DNA of 64,000 nucleotides from the IMG/VR virus record IMGVR_UViG_2925891887_000001, one strand, 5' to 3'. Origin of the DNA: a virus. Its lineage: Duplodnaviria; Heunggongvirae; Uroviricota; Caudoviricetes. The notes below the pieces were generated by a model. It worked only from the letters and a program-made list of their open reading frames with translations. It was not told the origin of the DNA and did no database searches. The position numbers were made by a program, and so were the translations under genes. Shown here piece after piece: positions 50,115-58,516 of the stretch. The number at the start of each line of letters is the position of its first letter. The stretch's first letter is position 1.

Positions 50115-50313
50115 ACGGGAGAAGGAAACGCTTCATGAAATCAGTAAGTGGCCGGAGTTCCCTGAGTACTGGAAGCCTAAAACGCGAGCTAAGTTAGAGC
50201 GTTTAGGGTTGGTTGCAAACGTTTCTGAAACGTGGTGTTCGGCCAACTACCAGTTAACTGATAAAGGGAAAGTATTGCTACAGCAATTAGTAGAATCAGG
50301 AGTGTTAAAATGA
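50098..50313 (+). CDS. Hypothetical small protein
   Basis: 71-aa ORF from track. Confidence 0.35.
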   Translation: MIVLSKREKETLHEISKWPEFPEYWKPKTRAKLERLGLVANVSETWCSANYQLTDKGKVLLQQLVESGVLK

Positions 50314-50462
50314 TTCCATACATCTCATTAGCTTTTATGGGTGGCTTCCTTATCGGCTTCGGCATCTGTCGTGATTTAGTTAAGCAGGAACTTAAAACCA
50401 AAACACTGTGCATCGGAAAGCGTGTGTATCGGGTAGTTCATGAAACAAAGGTGAAAAAATGA
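50310..50462 (+). CDS. Small membrane protein (50 aa), not in ORF track
   Basis: One TM helix (ISLAFMGGFLIGFGIC) then basic tail GKRVYRVVHET; same architecture as 49935-50114. Confidence 0.4.
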   Translation: MIPYISLAFMGGFLIGFGICRDLVKQELKTKTLCIGKRVYRVVHETKVKK

Positions 50463-50749
50463 GCAATTTAACTTCTTGGGAATGGTGGTTGGCCACCTAT
50501 TTCTTAGCGGCCGGAGTCGCATTCGCCTTTTACGTAGGTCAGTTAGTCGTAAAACTGTTGCTGATTAAATTTGCTAGTCATAAACGTATCGATGATGGTC
50601 TGTGGCGTCTTGGCGCCCTGGTGGAAACTCGCTACGGGCAACTTAAGGAGAACGAAACCATTACTATCCAAGCGAAACGATTCACTGCCACCATTACAAG
50701 AACACCTAGTCGTAGAGTGGCCTTGATCAAAAAAGTCACAACCGAATAA
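50459..50749 (+). CDS. Small membrane protein
   Basis: 96 aa with N-terminal TM (WWLATYFLAAGVAFAFYVGQLVV). Confidence 0.4.
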   Translation: MSNLTSWEWWLATYFLAAGVAFAFYVGQLVVKLLLIKFASHKRIDDGLWRLGALVETRYGQLKENETITIQAKRFTATITRTPSRRVALIKKVTTE

Positions 50750-51527
50750 AAACATATTGATAAGTATTTACTTACTTATCTTTTGTGTATAAGATGACTT
50801 TGTTTTCGTTGAGACGCGACTGTTTGAACTTAAATACAAGTGCAAACGAAGAAGTCTATCTGGCAGTAGCCTAATAAGCCAAACACCAGCGAGGTCAGTT
50901 TCCAGCCTCGTTACCGAAATGGGACACACTGAGCGAGTGTGATTGCAGAACGCAGGAGGGAACATTCATGTTCCCTCCGATGAAGTAACAGAATGGGCGG
51001 TTGGTATATTTTCAACTCCATATGACTCCCGGATTCTTAGCCACTGACCGCCCATCCTGTTACGTCATTTTGTTCAATTATGTCGTTTATACTGGGTTAA
51101 AAAGCGGCGACGTAGCCCGGCTGGTATGGTTAGCCAGCACACAACGTTGAGGCCATTACATTTTTATCAATTCTAAGGTTCTATTCACAGAGATACCGGC
51201 GAGCGTTGATATGTAACATGTTGGGCAAACATTCAATCGGAGTAGTGGCCTCAACGTTGTGAAGACGGGATTGTTGTGTAGGTTTAACCACTGTTGCCAT
51301 TGGTGCCTGTTTTCACAACAAATGATTCCATACATCACATTGTATAAATTACAAAGTAGGTGCTGTCCTCAGAAACATCATCTACTTAAAGATTTTGCCT
51401 TCTACTATTGAGCGAAGTCGAAAGCGTCTGGCACTAACGAAAAGTGCAAGTAGCGGTGCGTTTCCTGGCAGAAACTAAACCGTCGCGATTGGCACTGTTG
51501 AGTAATAAATACTGGCAGTGCTGAATT

Positions 51528-51602
51528 GATGGTGTAGCTCAGCGGTAGAGCAGTTGGCTGTTAACCAACTGGTCGGTGGTTCGAATCCACCCACCATCGC
51601 CA
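51528..51602 (+). tRNA. tRNA-Asn (anticodon GTT)
   Basis: Manual fold: acceptor gatggtg/caccatc, D-arm tagctcagcggtagagca, anticodon loop ctGTTaa, T-loop ggttcgaatcc, encoded CCA. Confidence 0.8.
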
Positions 51603-51607
51603 ATTTA

Positions 51608-51694
51608 GGGGAGTTAGTCCGTAGAGGTAGCGGTGTAGACTGTAAATCTACTGTCATGGCGACTCGGGTGGTTCGACTCCATCACTCCCCACCA
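51608..51694 (+). tRNA. tRNA-Tyr (anticodon GTA), long variable arm
   Basis: Acceptor ggggagt/actcccc, anticodon loop ctGTAaa, long variable arm, T-loop ttcgact, encoded CCA; D-arm pairing weak. Confidence 0.7.
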
Positions 51695-51698
51695 AATT

Positions 51699-51774
51699 GC
51701 CGGTTTAGCTCAGTTGGTAGAGCAGTCGCTTTGTAAGCGAATGGCCAGCGGTTCAAGTCCGTTAACCGGCACCA
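51699..51774 (+). tRNA. tRNA-Thr (anticodon TGT), tentative isotype
   Basis: Acceptor gccggtt/aaccggc, D-arm tagctcagttggtagagca, anticodon loop ttTGTaa, T-loop ttcaagt, encoded CCA. Confidence 0.7.
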
Positions 51775-52094
51775 ACACAACAGGTAAGAGCATTGGGCGA
51801 ATCGGCGATACTGACCCACAAGGCCGTAAATCGATAGAGTCAGACCAGTGCTCTTACCGTTGTGAGGAAGTGCAGCTCTTTGAAGCAACCAGAAGATAAG
51901 CATCTGGCTTCACAACACAACGATAATATCATTACGGTTAATCGTCGTTCATGTGCACAATGACTGGTCGAAAGGTAGTGATCTTACCGTTGTGATGAAT
52001 GCACAGGCTGATGTGCCGCAACTACAGTAGTGCGCGCTTTGCGGGGCTTGCTACAACCCTGTGTCGGAGTTCAGCACCGACCATCACAATAGCT

Positions 52095-52181
52095 GGAGAG
52101 TAGGGAGCATGGTGCTCAAGCGGTCTTGAAAACCGTCCCATTGTGCAAACGATGATGGTTCGATTCCATTACTCTCCGCCA
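52095..52181 (+). tRNA. tRNA-Ser (anticodon TGA), atypical D-arm
   Basis: Acceptor ggagagt/actctcc, anticodon loop ctTGAaa, long variable arm, T-loop ttcgatt, CCA; D-arm lacks canonical GG. Confidence 0.55.
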
Positions 52182-52335
52182 GACACAGCGTTGAGCGGTT
52201 TGGCCTTTTAATCAACTCGATTAAGACTCCGCTAACATAAACCAGACCGCTCAACGCTGTGATAGATAATTACGGCAGACGTTCTTAACCATAGCTTGCT
52301 AACATCCTAGCAACACTTTTTTCAGCGCAAAATTC

Positions 52336-52358
52336 AAAGGGGCTTCGGCCCCTTTTTT
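52336..52358. terminator. Bidirectional rho-independent terminator
   Basis: aaaggggc-ttcg-gcccctttttt; serves plus-strand tRNA cluster and minus-strand gene ending at 52374. Confidence 0.8.
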
Positions 52359-52373
52359 GTTGAACAGTGCAAT

Positions 52374-53636
52374 TTACTTTGCATAGTCGCCCAATTTTAA
52401 TATTTCGCGCTTATATTCATTAACCATGCTACTGGATTCAGTATAAATTCGATTTAAAAGATTATCGTTATCTTTATTTTCATTTATCTTAATTAGTGCT
52501 AATTTATATTCATAGTCATCAAATGCCACAATTAAATGGTGGCCTGGGATTATATCTTCGTCACTCTTAAAGTATATATCTTCAAGTATGTAATCTAGTT
52601 GATTAGATTTTCTTTTCTCGATGTAATCTTCAGCCATAGCTATTACATCATTCCTGTCATTTAACCTGTTTTTTTCGGAAGGCACATCTTCGTAATGTTG
52701 CACGATTGAACAACCAATAAGGCGTGGGATGTAAACGTCAAAATGAGTAACTCTATCATTCGCGGTTTTAAGTAGTTCCTCAAAGTAGTTTCTTACATGT
52801 AAAGGCAACTTCTCAAAGTAATCATTAATTATAGGAGAACAAGGAGTTTTATAATTCATAAGAACCGACGGTACGAGCTTTGGGTGTCGAAACATCCAGT
52901 CCCTTTTAACGTCCGATGGAACATAATAACTTTTAATGATATTATCAAAATAATTTATCATTCGAGATTTGAATATTTTGTTGAATCTAAGGTTTATGAA
53001 TGTATCCAGATAAGGCATATTTGAATAAGCATCATCAAAAAATATTTCATCATTGAAAAAATCATATTTATTCAATAAACAACACAGTTTTTCCGAATTA
53101 ATATGTTCACAATAATCGATTTTTAATCCAAAGATAGCAATGATCAACTTCATCTGAGGTGGGATTTTAAAAATTAATTGTGACACATACGCTCTTTTTT
53201 CCTTGAGACATTCCCCATCAATATAAAATGAACCATCCACATACTCAAATATATTAATAATATGCTTCACATACTGTATTACCTCATGCTGTCTTACCAA
53301 TGGATAATATAGTCTATGTAACTCATCGCTGTTTAAATTAATTTTGTGTTTATCGATAATTTGTTTTGCAAGAAGACATAACTCATCATGTTGATTTAAT
53401 AAGGAATCAAACCATTGTTTAAATGCACTCTTTCGCATTTCGAACAATGATTCAGTTGTTAATTGAAGGGCTGAAAAAGCTGCTTTTGCACTTTTTCTCG
53501 CTTCGTAGGCATTCCATGCTGTTGCTATAAAAGCAAATGCTGTAGCCAATGTTCCAACAGTTTGACCATTTAAAACAACCCAATCCCAAAAAATGACGGT
53601 GAGCAGTAGTATAATAATGAAAATTAAAAAAGGCAT
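52374..53636 (-). CDS. Hypothetical membrane protein, low-GC cargo gene
   Basis: 420 aa; N-terminal hydrophobic segments (FLIFIIILLLTVIFWDWVV; LATAFAFIATAW); strongly AT-rich; only minus-strand gene here. Confidence 0.5.
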   Translation of the reverse strand: MPFLIFIIILLLTVIFWDWVVLNGQTVGTLATAFAFIATAWNAYEARKSAKAAFSALQLTTESLFEMRKSAFKQWFDSLLNQHDELCLLAKQIIDKHKINLNSDELHRLYYPLVRQHEVIQYVKHIINIFEYVDGSFYIDGECLKEKRAYVSQLIFKIPPQMKLIIAIFGLKIDYCEHINSEKLCCLLNKYDFFNDEIFFDDAYSNMPYLDTFINLRFNKIFKSRMINYFDNIIKSYYVPSDVKRDWMFRHPKLVPSVLMNYKTPCSPIINDYFEKLPLHVRNYFEELLKTANDRVTHFDVYIPRLIGCSIVQHYEDVPSEKNRLNDRNDVIAMAEDYIEKRKSNQLDYILEDIYFKSDEDIIPGHHLIVAFDDYEYKLALIKINENKDNDNLLNRIYTESSSMVNEYKREILKLGDYAK

Positions 53637-53810
53637 GTATGTATTTCACTCTACTAACTATAAAATATTAGGCTAATGTTAACCAAACAATGCCTTAATT
53701 AATAGATTGATCGAGGCTTTAATAGCTTTATAATGCAGACTTTAAAGATAAGTATGCACATACCTATCTTCTTTGTAAGTAAAGTTGCATATCAATTCTA
53801 TGAGGTAACA

Positions 53811-54056
53811 ATGACGATCACTATCTACGGACGAGATAACTGCTCATACTGCAAACGTGCGGTCGAGCTGGCGAAGCAACTAAAGGGACATGGCTACGGT
53901 GATTATGAGTACATCGACATCACCACTGCCGGTATCGACAAGGAAAAACTAAGTGAAATTGTTGGTAAACCGGTAGAGACTATCCCCCAAGTGCTGATCG
54001 ATGGCCAACCGATTGGCGGATACACAGAACTGGCTGCATACGTCAGCACCCTCTGA
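53811..54056 (+). CDS. Glutaredoxin (GrxA-like)
   Basis: CxxC active site (NCSYC) and strong resemblance to E. coli glutaredoxin 1 layout (KPVETIPQVLIDGQPIGGYTELAAYV); ATG after GAGGT; terminator at 54061-54083. Confidence 0.85.
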   Translation: MTITIYGRDNCSYCKRAVELAKQLKGHGYGDYEYIDITTAGIDKEKLSEIVGKPVETIPQVLIDGQPIGGYTELAAYVSTL

Positions 54057-54060
54057 TTTT

Positions 54061-54083
54061 AACGGCTCACAGGAGCCGTTTTT
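54061..54083 (+). terminator. Rho-independent terminator
   Basis: aacggctc-acag-gagccgtt followed by TTT. Confidence 0.7.
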
Positions 54084-54266
54084 ATTCCCACCAAACTCAC
54101 TCCCGTTTCCCTTAAAATTCAAAAAACAACGTCAAAATGATTCCATACCTACTATGTATGGAATCATTACTGAAAATGAGTTACTTTTACTCTTGATCCT
54201 ATAAGAATCTATGCCTAATATACTGTTTACTTATACAGTAAATCGGCGTAACTCGGTGATTGTCAT

Positions 54267-55370
54267 ATGAAAAATAGCTTTGACAGAGCACGCGCTGCGG
54301 AGAACACCTCAAAAGAGGCGATTGAGTATCTCGAAAGAGCATCTCAAATGCAGGCCGTTATGATCTCGCAGGTCAGCAATGACATGAGATTCTCGGACGC
54401 ATTCATGTTATTCACTCGCTTATCTCTGCTGATAACAAGACGTCGGCCAGAGATCGCTGTTCATTGTATTTTGATACATGTTTTGCCGCACATTGCCGAT
54501 GTAAAAGTAAGTGACATTAATAGGTTCATGGTGAACCAACTGGTCAACCCACTAATACTGGATGGCAAAATTGTTATGGGCCGCCGCGTTTTCTCTCTGA
54601 TGAAGCAGTTCCTTAGCTGGTGCGCCTTCCAGGGGATGATAGACGTGTCACCGTTAAACGATATGTCACTAAACAAAGTTGCCGGTGGCGCAAAGCCCAC
54701 ACCTCGCGAGCGGAAGCTGACCGACGCAGAGGTATGGGTGTTCTGGAATATATGGGACTACTTCAATGTGTGCGCTGGTACAAAATGGGCGGCCAGGCTG
54801 TGTCTTGTATCCGCAAGACGACCTGACGAAGTACTGCGGGCTAAAAAAAGTGAGTTCAATCTTAAGCGTGGGGTTTGGAATCAAGGCAAGAGGAACAAAT
54901 CTGCCCGTGAGCATTCGCTGCCTTTAAGCACATTAATGCGCACATGTATTGAAGAGTTGTTCGAATACGGTAAAGGCAGCCAGTGGCTCGTGCCTTCGAA
55001 TAAAAAAATCGGGAAAGACCTTCCTATGTCTAAAGTGGCAATAGCCCAGGCATTACGTCGTATCCTGGAACGACCAGAACTGATGGAGCTTGAGCCATTT
55101 ACACCCCGAGACTTGCGCCGTACTGCGCGTAGTTACTTCCCAGCATTAGGCATAAGCCAGGAGGTCTCACGCAAAATCATGAACCACAGTCTTGAGGGGA
55201 TAGATCGAGTCTACGACCGGCACGATTATATGGACGAGATGCGAGACGCCTTAGAAAGTTTCTCGACGTACATCGCATCAATCGTAGAGCAACCGGATTT
55301 AGACGAAATTGACCACAAATTCAAGGGAGATCGTCTATCAACAGAGCTTATTCGTGTAAATTTTTCATAG
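54267..55370 (+). CDS. Tyrosine recombinase / integrase family protein
   Basis: C-terminal catalytic region with conserved Arg (LVSARRPDEV), box II-like PRDLRRTARSY, then NHSLEGIDRVYDRHDY with candidate catalytic Tyr; 367 aa. Confidence 0.65.
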   Translation: MKNSFDRARAAENTSKEAIEYLERASQMQAVMISQVSNDMRFSDAFMLFTRLSLLITRRRPEIAVHCILIHVLPHIADVKVSDINRFMVNQLVNPLILDGKIVMGRRVFSLMKQFLSWCAFQGMIDVSPLNDMSLNKVAGGAKPTPRERKLTDAEVWVFWNIWDYFNVCAGTKWAARLCLVSARRPDEVLRAKKSEFNLKRGVWNQGKRNKSAREHSLPLSTLMRTCIEELFEYGKGSQWLVPSNKKIGKDLPMSKVAIAQALRRILERPELMELEPFTPRDLRRTARSYFPALGISQEVSRKIMNHSLEGIDRVYDRHDYMDEMRDALESFSTYIASIVEQPDLDEIDHKFKGDRLSTELIRVNFS

Positions 55371-55751
55371 AGACTTTATGGCCTCAACAACCTTTTGTGA
55401 TGCGCCTTTCTCTTTACCGAATCGCTCGTTATATGCAGCAAGAACCTGTTTTTCGTCCTCGTTAAGAGGAGCGGTGCCTTCTTTGTATAAAAATGCTGCG
55501 AGTTCAGGTTGGCGTTCTTCCAGCACCATCATCATAAGACGACTTGGCTCAATACCCAGCGCCAGCGCCAACGGACGAACCTTATCGATAGGCAAAGGAA
55601 TTTTGCCACTTTTAATTAAAGAAAGGTTGTTGGCATTTTTATAACCAATAAGTCTGGCTATTTGGGCCTGACTCATAGGTGAGGATTCAATCAGCCCTGC
55701 GATAAAAGCGGCATAGCGACTTTCTATAAATTCAATCTTGTTGTCAGACAT
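55365..55751 (-). CDS. XRE-family HTH transcriptional regulator (repressor-like)
   Basis: HTH segment SQAQIARLIGYKNANNLSLIKSG; 128 aa; divergent from 56002 ORF, with palindrome GGTAAGTGCTTACC about 32 bp upstream of its start. Confidence 0.65.
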   Translation of the reverse strand: MSDNKIEFIESRYAAFIAGLIESSPMSQAQIARLIGYKNANNLSLIKSGKIPLPIDKVRPLALALGIEPSRLMMMVLEERQPELAAFLYKEGTAPLNEDEKQVLAAYNERFGKEKGASQKVVEAIKSL

Positions 55752-56001
55752 TGTTACAACCTTTGCGCGTTCAATTCTCTCTGGTAAGTGCTTACCGATA
55801 TTACATCAAAGGTTAGGGTTGTAAAGCTATTATCATTTTTTCGATAGGCACTTAAAAGACCGGTTAAAGGCCATTGCACGGAGAAAAATTAGCCCAAAAC
55901 AGGTAAGAAAATTAACTTGCATATGATATGAATGTATTCAGTATTGATATAAATTTTAGTAGTATTCCTTACCATAGTATAAGTTAGAATGGATTGATTG
56001 A

Positions 56002-56214
56002 ATGAACACCACTATTTCCAGCCTAATCGCTCTTGAGATCGGACACGTACAGAAATTAGCTGATGAGTGTGTAGCTGACATCCTCACCGATCTACCGAAT
56101 GAGCAGATTCAGGTTGGTGTGAATGACACAACTGGCTTTATATTCGAACTTAACAACAAACGCTTCACGCTTCTCAATATCGGCTCCGGGTCTTTAGCCG
56201 TCAGAATCTGTTAA
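56002..56214 (+). CDS. Hypothetical small protein
   Basis: 70-aa ORF divergent from XRE regulator; followed by hairpin at about 56229-56263. Confidence 0.3.
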   Translation: MNTTISSLIALEIGHVQKLADECVADILTDLPNEQIQVGVNDTTGFIFELNNKRFTLLNIGSGSLAVRIC

Positions 56215-56312
56215 CCCCTCTTCTCCCTGCGCGAATGGCTTAGTTCCCTGTTCGCGCAGTGCTACATTAAACACACTAGTAAATAATTTGTTTTCATAAC
56301 AAAGGATTAGCC

Positions 56313-58421
56313 ATGTCTAAAAAACGTTCCATCAAAGAGGTTCAGGACTTCCGTGACAGTGTAAAACGAGTAGTCGCTCTCCTTTCAGGTAAAAACATCC
56401 CTGTTGCAGAACGAGGGGACGACGCTTATGTACGCTATAACGATGATGGAGAGCCAATTCTCGTAAACATCCCATCAATCCCGGATAACGCAACACCGGC
56501 ATTGATGAATGCTGTGCGCGGATTTCTCGATCATGAGGTTGCTCACATTTTGTTTACCGATATTCGTGTGTCCAACAAAATGAGAGAAAAAGGACGCGTT
56601 CCTTCCTGGTCGCTATGGAATGCCTTAGAAGACGTGTTCATCGAGCGAAAAATGGGTCAGGTCTTTAACGGAACAAGACGTAATCTGATGGCAACTCAGC
56701 GCCTTATAATCGAAAAAGTCTTTAAACCAAAGGCTTCAGAGGCTATTGCTTATTGTGGCAAAGATCAGCGCGCGCTTTTTCTAAACTTCTTTCTCTGTCC
56801 GGTTGTAAGAGCCTGGGATGGCCAAGCACCGTTCGTAGATTTCATGGATGAACATTGGCCTGTCATTGAGAAACCAATTTCATTATTAAAAGAACATGGT
56901 ATCGATGTGGCCGTGCGTAACATGTCTTGCACCGAGGATTGTGTAAAGGTGGCTGCGACCATAGCTAAGATCCTCAAAGACACTGAAAGTGAAAGCAAAG
57001 GTAAGGAGTCAGCTCCGGGAAAAACTTCCGATCCTTCAGACGCTGACCAGACGGATGCCTCTGGAGAAAACAATGAAGACAACGAAGATCATGAGACTCC
57101 CTCAGTGTTAGATAATCACAAATCTATCAAATCAGAATCACATAGTAAGTACAAACATGATAATAACAACAGTGATGATTCAGATAATTCTGAATCATCA
57201 GAAACAATATTCGATGATACAGAAAATGATAAAGAGGTATCAGATTCTGATGCTTCTGATAACGCGGCGTCAGAATCATTAACCGCTGACCACGAAAAAA
57301 GAAAAACGACAGAAGACGGCTCTTCAGATATCCCAACTCCGTCAAAAATGAGTCTGGAAGAGGCTTTAGAGGAGCTGGATAGCATAGAAGATGAAGTCGG
57401 AGGCATGACAGAAGATGCTCTATCCGAAACGATTAAAAGCGAGTTAACAGAAAGCTCGAAAAGCGAATACAGGCCATACAATCGCTCATACGACTTCATC
57501 GGCTCGATTGATCAGGCAGAAGCCCATATCAAACGGCTTATTAAAACATTCTCCGATATTGATTTGGGAGGATATCCAATCAGCCGCTATCGCATCGTTC
57601 CTGAAGGCAACCAGCTCTTCGACAAATATATTGAAAAGCATCTTTCGTCAGGTGTTTCGTCGACGCTGGCAAAAGACCTGGAGCGAGCAATAGCAAGCAG
57701 AAACAGAGTTCAGTTTATACCGGGCCAGCGTCGGGGGCGCATTCATGGTTCTAGTATCTACAGATTAGCAATGAATGATGCTCGCGTGTTTCGTAAAAAA
57801 GAAGAATCTAAAGCCGTTAACGCCTGTGTTCAACAAGTGATTGATTTATCAGGTTCAATGAGTGGTATAACGATTAAACTGGCTCTTGCAAGTGCATATA
57901 CCATCGCCGATGCCCTTGATCGAATAAATGTTCCCAACATTATCACTGGCTTCACTACATTTGGTAGTCATATGGCGGCAGGAGAACTTAAGGCTGTCAA
58001 GTATGAGTTCTCTCGCTTTGAATCTTTAATGCTACCTATCATCAAAAATTGGAATGAAAAGGTAAATTCTCGCGAAGTTCGCTCACGTATGGGGTGCGTA
58101 GGCTACACATTCCCACTTCTTAATAACGTGGATGGTGAAAGCATAGCCAGCCTTGCATCGTTATTTTCCGGTCGCATGGAGGACAGGAAGATCATGCTTG
58201 TTCTGAGTGATGGCGCGCCGTGGGCTGTTGGGAGAGGTTTTGACGCTCATTTGCGTTCAGTTGCGAAGCAAATTGAAACGCAGACTGATATTGATTTGAT
58301 GGCAATTGGCATCATGACTGACGCACCGGAGAGATTTTACTCAAATCATGCCCTGGTAACGAGCGTTGATAGTCTTGGTTCATCTGTAGTTACTGAACTA
58401 TCTCGTATCATTTTAAAGTGA
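56313..58421 (+). CDS. von Willebrand factor A domain protein (CobT-like) with long acidic linker
   Basis: MIDAS-type motif DLSGSMSG in C-terminal VWA region; central acidic, Ser/Asp/Glu-rich low-complexity stretch; 702 aa. Confidence 0.65.
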   Translation: MSKKRSIKEVQDFRDSVKRVVALLSGKNIPVAERGDDAYVRYNDDGEPILVNIPSIPDNATPALMNAVRGFLDHEVAHILFTDIRVSNKMREKGRVPSWSLWNALEDVFIERKMGQVFNGTRRNLMATQRLIIEKVFKPKASEAIAYCGKDQRALFLNFFLCPVVRAWDGQAPFVDFMDEHWPVIEKPISLLKEHGIDVAVRNMSCTEDCVKVAATIAKILKDTESESKGKESAPGKTSDPSDADQTDASGENNEDNEDHETPSVLDNHKSIKSESHSKYKHDNNNSDDSDNSESSETIFDDTENDKEVSDSDASDNAASESLTADHEKRKTTEDGSSDIPTPSKMSLEEALEELDSIEDEVGGMTEDALSETIKSELTESSKSEYRPYNRSYDFIGSIDQAEAHIKRLIKTFSDIDLGGYPISRYRIVPEGNQLFDKYIEKHLSSGVSSTLAKDLERAIASRNRVQFIPGQRRGRIHGSSIYRLAMNDARVFRKKEESKAVNACVQQVIDLSGSMSGITIKLALASAYTIADALDRINVPNIITGFTTFGSHMAAGELKAVKYEFSRFESLMLPIIKNWNEKVNSREVRSRMGCVGYTFPLLNNVDGESIASLASLFSGRMEDRKIMLVLSDGAPWAVGRGFDAHLRSVAKQIETQTDIDLMAIGIMTDAPERFYSNHALVTSVDSLGSSVVTELSRIILK

Positions 58422-58516
58422 ACAAAACAGCCTTAACGATAAGTAACCACTTACGATATATAATGATATATTTATATAAGAAGTTGAACGCTCATTAGAG
58501 AACAAAGGAAAAACGC

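Noticed and set aside
51475-51903. Short ORFs overlapping the tRNA cluster (51475-51657 minus, 51554-51736 plus, 51682-51903 minus, 51714-51899 plus)
   Set aside because: They coincide with the tRNA genes and structured RNA region; the open frames are incidental.
57116-57499. Antisense ORFs inside the acidic linker of the VWA protein (57116-57499, 57127-57345)
   Set aside because: Low-complexity Ser/Asp/Glu coding on the sense strand keeps antisense frames open; no independent support.
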